Source: Eledone cirrhosa
Lineage: Eukaryota
Direction of reading: 5' to 3'
Assembly (NCBI GenBank): GCA_964016885.1
Contig: CAXHJY010000304.1
Location: 1-64,000, forward strand
DNA: 64,000 nucleotides
Shown: piece after piece, positions 25,906 through 37,200 of the stretch
Layout: each line of letters starts with the position of its first letter
Numbering within the stretch: position 1 is the first letter of the stretch
Notes under the pieces: generated by a model
The model's database searches: none
Told to the model about the DNA's origin: nothing
Seen by the model: only the letters and a program-made list of their open reading frames with translations
Position numbers and translations under genes: made by a program

Positions 25906-28710
25906 TCAAGGATCAATTTCCCCCTCGTCCTTCTGCATATGAAAGTCTGCTGTCCAGGTTGGTGGTTTACGACTTCTTTGCGATCTCCGCAGTGTTGGGG
26001 AAGCACTTTGGGTTTCCTCTTCCTCGGAGTCCGTTGACACAGTGATTCTACGGACATCCAGGACATGACGTGGTACTCCGTCCACGGACACATTGTTCTG
26101 TGAATTTACGGCCGTCACCGTTCCCCTTCCCCATTGAGATGTGCAACGTGAATCTGGGGCTTAACCCAGACTTCTTCGCCCACCTGCACGGATGCACTCT
26201 CTCTCCCCACTGGCCGTTGTGGTGGCGTGCACGGTTGCCGCCACTCGTATCTGAATACTGCTCTGTGTGGCACCGATTCCTCGACCTGTCCCACCCGAGG
26301 GGACATGTTGTACCAGAACACTGCCTCCATTGGTGAGATATGGTCCCGCTCCGCCATTGCCTTGATCGTCCGGTGGTGTCACTCCACAATTCCATTCCCG
26401 CTCGGCCTGTGCGCTGCTCTGAAGAAACGGTCCACCCTCCATCCATCGAGCATCTCCCTCAGCGCCTCCTAGCGGAACGCTGCGCTGTTGTCCATCAGCA
26501 GTTCGTCCACAGGGCCCCGCTCCAAGAACACCTCTCTCAACGTCCGCGTGATTTCCTTGGCCGTTTCAGTCTTCATCTCCCTCCATATCGCCATCCGTCC
26601 TGGTCCACAGTCGACCATCGAGAGGTACGTTCCCTGTCGGTAGTGTGTTACATCCAGCGCCAATCGCTTCCAGTCGCGATCCACCGGGAGGCTTCCCGTT
26701 TCGTGTACACCCGGGGCAGGATCAATGGACTGACATCGGACACAGCCTCTAACCACCATTTCTACACTGTGTCTGTTAACGTCCGAGTCGATTCTCCTGG
26801 CTAGGAACAGGCTCCTATCCACTCCCATGTGGTGCATGTCATGCAACCCTTTCAGATCCGACTCGGTCAGCCGACACACGGCAGCTATCTCATCTTCTAC
26901 CTCCTCCGGCGCTTCCATCCAGGTTTTCTTCACCCTAGTTAAGATGTCCGCCCTATTTTTCTCTGAGGGCACGAAAACTACGCTCAGCCTCAGGTCGAAC
27001 TCGGTGGCCAGCTCTCCTAAAGTTCCCAGGCGGCGCTTTATCAGCATCTCCGCCGCCCCTCTCGTTCGCACTCTCTTCTCACTGGTGAGCACTGATCTCA
27101 CCCATCCGAGTACAGTAGCCGAGTCGGTGCGTATCTCGATGGTGCGCAGTCCCCACCTCAGGGCGAGGTTCACCCCTCTCAACACTGCGTCCAGTTCGGC
27201 CACATTGATGTGGTTGCAGTCGTCCTTCTTCCTAAGCCAGGCTGCATCCTCGACCTCGACACCTCCTATCTCCAACGTGACACCCAGCGCTATGCTACTG
27301 GCATCGCACCATACGGTCCCGCTCTGTGATTTGGGAACATGCCAGCGTCCCCGCACTAGGTCATCGGCCTTCACCCTCCCCACGATCTCCTGCATCATGG
27401 CCACCGTCCTCTCTCCCACTCTGTCACTCCAAGTCAATCCTCCCGCTCGTCTCTTGACATAGCTGCATGCCGTCCAGAGCCACCCAGCAATCGGATAGTG
27501 ACCCACCAATTTTCCACACACCGAGAAAAGCTCCCGCCTACTCATACTTGAACCCAGTTCTGGAACTTCATTTCCCCTCTGGAATACCAAGACGCCCGTC
27601 CTGTCTCGCCGTAGCCTAAGTCCCAGTGCGGCTCCTCACTCCAACGCTTCTGACGGCTTTGCAGCCAGTCCATACCCCTGTAAATGGCTCGTGACCTCCG
27701 CCGCCGACACCACAGACTCGTCCACTAGGATGTCGTCAATATAGGAGCTAGTGGCCCTCTTCACCTTGTCGGCCTTTCCCAGAATGGTCTTGAGGACCGC
27801 CGCCATGATCTTCGGTGCGGAGCTCAGCCCGAAACCGAGCCTGGTCAGGCAATATGTCCGACCCTTATACCTGACCAGCTGATACTGCCAGAGCTTCGCG
27901 TCTATATGCAATTGCAAGTATGCCGACTTTAGATCTACGATTGCTGAACCCCCCGTCATGCGTCTCCACTCACGCAGGGTTTCCCCACAGACATCCGTGA
28001 CCTCGCCACCCGTGTGGCATGACACGTGCTCGTTCAGCTCCCGAAAGTCCAGCACCGGCCTCACCTTGTTCTTTGTGGCTTGCGCCACCGCCATTAACGG
28101 CAATACTCCACACTTCACCTCTTCTTTCCAGGGAAGCAGTATGCCCTCCTCAATCCATCTCTCTACCTCTCGCTCGAACTCGCTCCTAATGTTTCCCTTC
28201 AATGTGTGTTGATAGCAGCTCACTTTGGTCTTCAGTGTTGGTGGTTCTCCCTTCCAGTACCACTCAACAACCCATCGCTGCCCATCGAACACGGCCTTGA
28301 AGTCTTTGTCCTGCACAGTGTAAGCGGGGTATTTCTCCTCGTGGGCCTTCTGGTTCTCCTGTCGCGCACTCACAGCGCATACCGATGCAGTGACGCCAAA
28401 CGACACACCAACGTTGTTCACTGTGACGCCTCTTAGATGGCCAATTGCGTCCATGCCCATAACCACGCCGATCCCATCCACCACGCTGTCTACTATGATG
28501 GCAGAAAGCCTTATTTTCCTTCCCCGTACCGCTATTTCCATCTCGCTGCGACCTCGGCATTCAATTTTCCTGACGTCGACTGCCCTTACGCTGCTCTTCC
28601 TTCTCCACCTCTGCACCACCCCCGCGGTCACCAGTGTCGTCGTACAGCCCGTGTCCACGAGGGCTCGCTGTGGCTTTCCCCTCATGAAGACTTCCACCAC
28701 AAGCAGCGCC
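25906..28710 (-). pseudogene. pol: protease, RT, RNase H, integrase; in-frame stops at ~27637 and ~26470, frameshift near 26160
   Basis: ALVDTGC; DLKSAYLQ, FGLSSAP, YIDDILV; WCDAS, NVAELDA, RTDS, NRADIL; HDMHHMG..CVRC, ALDVTHY, MDNSAAF. Confidence 0.92.
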
Positions 28711-28711
28711 T

Positions 28712-29443
28712 CTACTCGTAAGGGGCAACTACCGGTCCCTGGTCGCAGTTAGTAGCGATGTGGCCTGGTAGCTTACACCGGTAGTATATTATTTCCGGCC
28801 TTGACTCTCTGCAGTCTCTAGCCATGTGTGGGCCCTGGCACCGAAAACAGCGACCTCTAAACGTTCGCGGGCGACCGCGTGCCGTGGTTGCCTCCCTTTC
28901 ACTATTTCGCTGCCAGCTGTCTTGAGCCTCTGTAGTTGCTATCGCCACAACACTCTTTTTGGCATCTTCTGCTATGATCCGGGCTTGTTCCACCAGTGAA
29001 CGCATTTCCATTTATTTGTAACCCGGGACTTGCTGCAGTTTCACCGCTATGTCGTCTGGAAATCCATTTATGAACGCCAACCGCACCGTGCATTCGCATT
29101 CCACCTGATATCCAGCCAACATAGCTAATCGCCGTATTTCCGCTGCGAAAATGTCGACGCGCTCACCATTCCATCTAATTCTTGCCAGCTTAGTGAAAGC
29201 GGCTAACAGTCCCTCTGCAAATGCGTCTATCATGCGCCTCTCAATCTTTTGCGCATCACTTTGGCTGTGTTCGTCCAACTCAAGGAAGAGTACCAACGTG
29301 TCCCCCTCGAGGTACAGTGCCATGAGGCCAGCCACATCTATCTTCTGCAAGCTTGCGACCAGCCGGACTTTCCGCAGCCAAGCGACATCACCTTCCCCGG
29401 TAAATGCCCTGATAGCTTCGCTTGTTTGTAGTCTTGTCGCCAT
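28712..29443 (-). pseudogene. gag with two CCHC-type zinc knuckles; in-frame stop at 29012-29014
   Basis: CFRCQGPHMARDC and YYRCKLPGHIATNC. The two ORF-track pieces are in the same frame. Confidence 0.85.
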
Positions 29444-29566
29444 CTTCTAATTTGCCTTGCGGTACGTGATAAAAAAAAACAACAGGCTCCTCTCTGTTTT
29501 TCCAGTAGCTTTTATTTATTTATTTTTTTTTTCAATCAGATCTCAGTTTCCAGTGCCGAAATAGCT

Positions 29567-29817
29567 TGTGGTTAGAAAAAGCTATCTCACTTACTGCTTT
29601 TCATAGGCGCCGCTAAATTCCACTGCAGGTTACTCCTCTTCCACGTGCGTCCAAATGCTTAACACCGGGAGCTGCCAAAACTCGTGTCCACACCATTGCT
29701 GGTCACCACTAGAGAGGCCCTCTGCTGGCCCTTCCGGTCGAGCATCCTTCTGGCCAAGCACCCTTCCGGTCGAGCACTCCCCCGCTTCCGGCCACCGCAC
29801 GCCACACCATACCCACA
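29567..29817 (-). repeat. 5' LTR (251 bp)
   Basis: TGTGG...CCACA termini; direct repeat of 25657-25892. Confidence 0.92.
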
Positions 29818-30323
29818 CTATATTCATTGTTAATTCTAACCTTGCTGACTGTTTCTTTATACATGGCTTGTATAGCTCTCACAAGCCATTCATCTACACC
29901 TAGTTTTCTAAGAGCCCACCAAATAATGGAGCAGGGGACTCTGTCAAAGGCTTTCTCCAAGTCAACAAAAGCTAAGTAGAGGGCTTTAGTTTTAGCTAGG
30001 TACTTCTCCTGTAGTTGTCGTACAAGGAAAAGAGCGTCTATGGTACTTTTACCTGACACAAACCCAAACTGCATTTCATCTAGATCAATACGATCTCTGA
30101 TTAGTTGTGCTATAACGCTTTCTGTGACCTTCATGACCTGGTCAACTAACTTAATGCCTCTATAGTTTCCACTATCTAGAGCATCTCCTTTACCCTTGTA
30201 GCAGTTAATGATGTTGCTGCTATGCCAGTCATTTGGTATGGCCCCATTCTGTATTACTTGGTTTACTATCCGAGTGACCATAGTATGTCCCACCATTCCA
30301 GATGCTCTCAACATCTCAGCAAC

Positions 30324-30483
30324 AGTGTATATATATTGTATAACTCAATGAGGTGTAATATATAACGCAGTTTATATATACAGCATAGCTCAGTGAGGTG
30401 TAATATGTAACAAAGTGTGTATACACATTATACATTATACAAGTTAGTGAGGTGTAATATATAGCACAGTGTATATATATACA
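30324..30483. repeat. Degenerate ~44-bp AT-rich minisatellite (gtgaggtgtaatatataacacagtgtatatatac...)
   Basis: 3-4 units here. Related units at ~18315-18410, 18600-18650, 31630-31665, 34105-34200 and 58531-58590. Confidence 0.7.
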
Positions 30484-31629
30484 TTATGTCCCAAATGCAA
30501 AGTATGGGTGCATAAAAGATGTAGTGGGATCACAGGTAAGCTAACTAAGAACATAGATTTTACATGTGGCCGGTGCTCTGGTGCAATAAGTAGCAGCGAG
30601 TGCCCACAAAATACTAGCTCTTTCAATTGCGCAGAGGGTTCTATAGAAATAGTGGACAGCTTCCGTTACCTGGGTGACAAAATCAGCAGTGGGGGAGGGT
30701 GTTCTGAAAGTACAGTAGCTAGAGTCAGAACTGGATGGAAAAAGTTCAGAGAGCTTATACCACTATTAGCCGCTAAAGGGTTCTCCCTAAAAATGAAAGG
30801 CAGGCTGTATGATGCCTGCATACGAACAGCAATGTTGCATGGCAGTGAGACCTGGGCATTGTGTGCAGAGGATATACGCAGACTAGAGAGGAACGAAGCT
30901 TGCATGCTCCGCTGGATGTGTAATAGTAATAAACGTGAACGGCAAAGCATAAACGAACTAAGGGAAAAATTAGAAATAAGAGGGATCAGATGTTGTTTAC
31001 TCGAGAGAAGGCTACGTTGGTATGGTCATGTGATGCGCATGAAAGACGACAGCTGTATAAAAAAGTGCAGGGCAATAAAGATAGACGGTAGTCACGGAGT
31101 AGGCAGACCCAGAAAAACCTGGGATGACCTGATAAATTCCGACCTCACACACTTACACCTCACCAAGACAATGTCACTGGACCGAGATCTTTGGCGGTAC
31201 TCAGTAATAGAGAAGACCCGCCTTACCTAAATACAAAGTAAAACCTACTACAGTCAGTAGGCATCTCTAACAAAATACACCCCCGTCCCACCACCCCCAC
31301 CCTATCCACACCGCCCCTTTCAATGTAAAGTTATGTTGGTGCCACAACATCCAGGCCGAAACAAATGAGATCGTGTAGGTGTCACGACAAAAAAAACACA
31401 CAGTCCACGCTGTAATGTGGCCGTGTAGGTAACACGGTAAAAACCTCCCAGTCCCACACTGTAAATGTGGTTGGTGTTAGGAAGGGCATCCAGCTGTAGA
31501 AAACCCGCCAGACAGTCCTATGCGAGCAAGACAACCACTCTTGCCTCAAGTGGGAAAACTCCCGTCCAAACCCATGCAAGCGTGGAACATGGACGTTACA
31601 CGATGATGATGATGATGATGATGATGATG
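30484..31629 (+). mobile_element. 5'-truncated RTE LINE (ORF C-terminus 30484-31230 plus 3'UTR and (GAT)n)
   Basis: LCPKCKVWVHKRC...FRYLGD...ARVRTGWKKFREL...RRLRWYGHVMR...GRPRKTW; open frame of ~250 aa. Confidence 0.93.
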
Positions 31630-31685
31630 TACATCTGAGTGAGGTGTAATATAAAACACAGTGCATGTATATATATATATATATG

Positions 31686-33769
31686 ATAGATTACTAAATG
31701 AGGAGAATGCATGGGAAGAAGAGACCCTACCCCAAGTAGACCCTATAGAGGGACCAGCAGTACAAGTCAGCAGCAGCGTAGTAAGTAAGGCAATCAAAGA
31801 TATGAAGATGGGGAAGGCAACTGGTCCATCGGTATAGCTGCCGAGATGCTGAAGGCATCTGGGTCTGTAGGTCACACTATAACCACACGTATCGTTAACC
31901 AGGTAATACTAGAAGGGGCCATACCAAAAGATTGGTGCAGTAGCATCATTGTCAACTGCTACAAAGGTAAAGGCGATGCACTAGATAGAGGAAACTATAG
32001 AGGCATAAAGTTGATGGACCAGGTCATGAAAGTAACAGAAAGAGTTATAGCACAGCTGATTAGGGACCGGGTGAAAATAGACGAGATGCAATTTGGGTTT
32101 GTACCAGGAAGAGGCACCACTGATGCCCTCTTCCTTGTGAGGCAATTACAGGAAAAGTACCTAGCTAAAAGTAAGCCACTCTACTTGGCATTTGTCGACC
32201 TTGAGAAAGCCTTTGACAGAGTTCCACGTGCTGTAATCTGGTGGGCTCTTAGAAAACTAGGAGTAGATGAATGGCTTGTGAAAGCGGTACAAGCCATGTA
32301 TAGGGGAGCAGTCAGCAAAGTTAGGATTAGCAATGAGTATAGCGAGGAATTTAGCGTACAGGTTGGGGTCCACCAGGGCTCTGTTCTTAGCCCCCCCCCC
32401 CTCTTCATCATAGTCCTGCAGGCAATAACGGAGGAGTTTAAGACCGGATGCCCATGGGAACTCCTGTATGCTGATGACCTCGCACTCATAGTTGAATCTA
32501 TGGTAGAACTAGAGAATAAATTCCAAACTTGGAAGCAGGGACTAGAAAGAAAGGGTCTCAAAGTCAACATGACAAAGACTAAGGTCCTTGTAAGTAGACG
32601 AGAAAACAGAACCCAGATCCCCTCAGGGAAATGGCCTTGCTCAGTATGTAGGAAAGGTGTAGGTAGGAACTCCATTCTCTGCCCCAAATGCAAACAATGG
32701 GTACACAAGAGATGTAGCGGGATCTCAGGAAGCTTAATTAAGATTGTAGGATTCACATGCAGCAGCTGTGCTGAGACAGCAAGCAGCAAACAGCCACAGG
32801 AAACAAGTACCACCAATCTCTGGGAGGGCTCTGTATAAACAGTAGACAGCTTCTGCTACCTAGGTGACCGAATTAGCAGCGGAGGTGGGTGTTCAGAAAG
32901 TACAATAACTAGGGTAAGAACGGGATGGAAGAAGTTTAGGGAACTACTACCACTGCTAGCTGCAAAAGGCTTCTCCCTCAGAATGAAATGATGCGTGTAT
33001 CTCCCTCAGAATGAAATGATGACTGTATGATGCGTGTATCCGAACAGCGATGTTGCATGGTAGTGAGACCTGGGCGCTGAAGGTGGAAGACTTACGTAGA
33101 TTAGAGAGAAACGAAGCCTGCATGCTCCGATGGATGTGTAACAGTAATATAGGTGAACGACAAAGCATAAATGAATTGAGAGAGAGACTGAGCATAAGAG
33201 GAATCAAATACTGTGTGCAGGAGAGGCGGTTGCGCTGGTATGGACATGTGATACGTATGAAGGATGACAGCTGCATAAAAAGGTGCAGAGCACTAGAAGT
33301 TGATGGAAACCGCGGAGTGGGGAGACCCAAGATGACCTGGGATGAGGTGATAAAAGCCGACCTTATTCAATTACACCTCTCAAAGGCAAGGACACACGAC
33401 CGTGACTTCTGGCGTCACGCAGTAATACAGAGTACCCGACCTCCCATGGGTACAAGCTGAAGCATATAGACAATATGCTCCCACACCCCCCACCGCAAGG
33501 TGGTCGTGGAGGTGCCACGGCAAAAAAAGCACCCAGCCCACACTGTAGGGTGGACGTGTAGGCGCCACGAAAAAGCACCCAGCACTCACTGTAAATGAGG
33601 TTGGTGTTAGGAAGGGCATCCAGCTGTAGAAATCAAGCCAAATCAGTTCCTGTATGAGCAAGGCATGGTCAGCCGACCAGACACTGTCCACAACAGGACA
33701 ACCCGTCTAACCCATGCTAGCGTGGAAGAACGGACGTAAAACGGTGATGATGATGATGATGATGATGAT
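31686..33769 (+). mobile_element. 5'-truncated RTE LINE, related subfamily, with RT domain; frameshifted
   Basis: ORF 31846-32838: YKGKGDALDRGNYRGIKL, QFGFVPGRGTTDA, FVDLEKAFDRV, GVHQGSVLSP, LYADDL. Local ~29-bp duplication near 32972-33040. (GAT)n tail. Confidence 0.93.
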
Positions 33770-33781
33770 GTATATATATAT

Positions 33782-33965
33782 AATACGATATTAACAAATG
33801 GAAACTATATTTATAAAACCATATTTATTTTATTATACATATTTCAAGGACACCAAGTTAAATTATGGTGTGCTTTCATCATAATTTAACTTGGTGTCCT
33901 TGAAATATGTATAATGAAATAAATATGGTTTTATAAATATAGTTTCCATTTGTTAATATCGTATT
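33782..33965. repeat. Near-perfect palindrome: 89-bp arms, 6-nt loop
   Basis: 33782-33870 is the reverse complement of 33877-33965 with 2 mismatches. TA-rich flanks. Confidence 0.93.
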
Positions 33966-34047
33966 TTACTCCACTTATTTGTTGAGTGCTTTATATCAGT
34001 TATAAAAATATTTGCTTGTTGTATCCCAGCAATTTAAATAGAACTTC

Positions 34048-34050
<3 letters not shown>

Positions 34051-34105
<55 letters not shown>
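34051..34105. repeat. (TA)n microsatellite
   Basis: Pure TA run. Confidence 0.95.
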
Positions 34106-34106
<1 letters not shown>

Positions 34107-34201
34107 TGTATAACTTAGTAAGGTGTAATATATAACAGAGTATATATATATATTGTATTACTTAGTAAGGTGTAATATATAACGCAGTTTATATATACAT
34201 T

Positions 34202-37200
34202 AAGACCTGTCTTGCCCTGTACATGGTTTGAAATATACATCTAGTGTGCACCTTCACCTCCCGCATCCTAACACCTCACCCACACACACTACTCTTCACC
34301 CACATCCCTAGATCTACATCTCCAGTCACCACCCAAGTCCCCAGCCCACACTGTAAAGTGGTCGTGGAGGTGTCACGACAAAAAGTGTCCAGCCCACACT
34401 GTAAAGTGGTCGTGTAGGTGACTTGACAAAAAGTGCCCAGCCCACACTGTAAAGTGGTCGTGTAGGTGACGTGACAAAAAGGTGCTCAGCCCACACTGTA
34501 AAGTGGTTGTGTAGGTGTCATGACAAAAAGGTGCTCAGCCCACACTGTAAAGTGGTCGTGTAGGTGTCATGACAAAAAGGTGCCCAGCCCACACTGTAAA
34601 GTGGTCGTGTAGGTGACTTGACAAAAAGGTGCTCAGCCCACACTGTAAAGTGGTCGTGTAGGTGTCATGACAAAAAGGTGCCCAGCCCACACTCTAAAGT
34701 GGTCGTGTAGGTGTCATGACAAAAAGGTGCTCAGCCCACACTGTAAAGTGGTCGTGTAGGTGTCATGACAAAAAGGTGCTCAGCCCACACTGTAAAGTGG
34801 TCGTGTAGGTGGCGTGACAAAAAGGTGCTCAGCCCACACTGTAAAGTGGTCGTGTAGGTGACTTGACAAAAAGGTGCTCAGCCCACACTGTAAAGTGGTC
34901 GTGTAGGTGTCATGACAAAAAGGTGCTCAGCCCACACTGTAAAGTGGTCGTGTAGGTGTCATAACAAAAAGGTGCTCAGCCCACACTGTAAAGTGGTCGT
35001 GTAGGTGGCGTGACAAAAAGGTGCGCAGCCCACACTGTAAAGTGGTCGTGTAGGTGTCATGACAAAAAGGTGCTCAGCCCACACTGTAAAGTGGTCGTGT
35101 AGGTGTCATGACAAAAAGGTGCTCAGCCCACACTGTAAAGTGGTCGTGTAGGTGGCGTGACAAAAAGGTGCTCAGCCCACACTGTAAAGTGGTCGTGTAG
35201 GTGGCGTGACAAAAAGGTGCTCAGCCCACACTGTAAAGTGGTCGTGTAGGTGACTTGACAAAAAGGTGCTCAGCCCACACTGTAAAGTGGTCGTGTAGGT
35301 GACTTGACAAAAAGGTGCTCAGCCCACACTGTAAAGTGGTCGTGTAGGTGTCATGACAAAAAGGTGCTCAGCCCACACTGTAAAGTGGTCGTGTAGGTGT
35401 CATGACAAAAAGGTGCTCAGCCCACACTGTAAAGTGGTCGTGTAGGTGGCGTGACAAAAAGGTGCTCAGCCCACACTGTAAAGTGGTCGTGTAGGTGTCA
35501 TGACAAAAAGGTGCTCAGCCCACACTGTAAAGTGGTCGTGTAGGTGTCATGACAAAAAGGTGCTCAGCCCACACTGTAAAGTGGTCGTGTAGGTGTCATG
35601 ACAAAAAGGTGCTCAGCCCACACTGTAAAGTGGTCGTGTAGGTGGTGTGACAAAAAGGTGCTCAGCCCACACTGTAAAGTGGTCGTGTAGGTGACGTGAC
35701 AAAAAGGTGCTCAGCCCACACTGTAAAGTGGTCGTGTAGGTGTCATGACAAAAAGGTGCTCAGCCCACACTGTAAAGTGGTCGTGTAGGTGGCGTGACAA
35801 AAATGTGCTCAGCCCACACTGTAAAGTGGTCATGTAGGTGTCATGACAAAAAGGTGCTCAGCCCACACTGTAAAGTGGTCGTGTAGGTGTCATGACAAAA
35901 AAGTGCTCAGCCCACACTGTAAAGTGGTCGTGTAGGTGTCATGACAAAAAGGTGCTCAGCCCACACTGTAAAGTGGTCGTGTAGGTGGCGTGACAAGAAG
36001 GTGCTCAGCCCACACTGTAAAGTGGTCGTGTAGGTGACGTGACAAAAAGGTGCTCAGCCCACACTGTAAAGTGGTCGTGTAGGTGTCATGACAAAAAGGT
36101 GCTCAGCCCACACTGTAAAGTGGTCGTGTATGTGTCATGACAAAAAGGTGCTCAGCCCACACTGTAAAGTGGTCGTGTAGGTGGCGTGACAAAAAGGTGC
36201 TCAGCCCACACTGTAAAGTGGTCGTGTAGGTGGCGTGACAAAAAGGTGCTCAGCCCACACTGTAAAGTGGTCGTGTAGGTGGCGTGACAAAAAGGTGCTC
36301 AGCCCACACTGTAAAGTGGTCGTGTAGGTGGTGTGACAAAAAGGTGCTCAGCCCACACTGTAAAGTGGTCGTGTAGGTGACGTGACAAAAAGGTGCTCAG
36401 CCCACACTGTAAAGTGGTAGTGTAGGTGACGTGACAAAAAGGTGCTCAGCCCACACTGTAAAGTGGTCGTGTAGGTGTCATGACAAAAAGGTGCTCAGCC
36501 CACACTGTAAAGTGGTCGTGTAGGTGACGTGACAAAAAGGTGCTCAGCCCACACTGTAAAGTGGACGTGTAGGTGTCATGACAAAAAGGTGCTCAGCCCA
36601 CACTGTAAAGTGGTCGTGTAGGTGTCATGACAAAAAGGTGCTCAGCCCACACTGTAAAGTGGTCGTGTAGGTGGCGTGACAAAAAGGTGCTCAGCCCACA
36701 CTGTAAAGTGGTCGTGTAGGTGACGTGACAAAAAGTGCCCAGCCCACACTGTAAAGTGGTCGTGTAGGTGACTTGACAAAAAGGTGCTCAGCCCACACTG
36801 TAAAGTGGTCGTGTAGGTGTCATGACAAAAAGGTGCCCAGCCCACACTGTAAAGTGGTCGTGTAGGTGACTTGACAAAAAGGTGCTCAGCCCACACTGTA
36901 AAGTGGTCGTGTAGGTGTCATGACAAAAAGGTGCCCAGCCCACACTGTAAAGTGGTCGTGTAGGTGACTTGACAAAAAGGTGCTTAGCCCACACTGTAAA
37001 GTGGTCGTGTAGGTGTCATGACAAAAAGGTGCCCAGCCCACATTGTAAAGTGGTCGTGTAGGTGACTTGACAAAAAGGTGCTCAGCCCACACTGTAAAGT
37101 GGTCGTGTAGGTGTCATGACAAAAAGGTGCCCAGCCCACACTGTAAAGTGGTCGTGTAGGTGTCATGACAAAAAGGTGCCCAGCCCACACTGTAAAGTGG

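Larger units (their letters stand above)
25657..29817 (-). mobile_element. Full-length decayed Ty3/Gypsy-type LTR retrotransposon (~4.16 kb), 5-bp TSD CTATA
   Basis: Outer termini TGTGG...CCACA. TSD at 25652-25656 and 29818-29822. PPT gagatcaggggggcg adjacent to the left LTR. Domain order gag-PR-RT-RH-IN. Confidence 0.93.
21143..30323 (-). mobile_element. 5'-truncated RTE LINE split into three pieces (21143-22228, 25302-25656, 29818-30323) by nested insertions
   Basis: The pieces rejoin colinearly with the uninterrupted copy at 60352-62893. Motifs YKGKGD..NYRGIKL, FVDLEKAFDRV, GVHQG, YADDL, LRWYGHV. (CAT)n tail at 21143. Confidence 0.92.

Noticed and set aside
26340-28752. Plus-strand ORFs over the LTR element
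   Set aside because: Antisense shadows of the GC-rich pol frame with no recognisable motifs.
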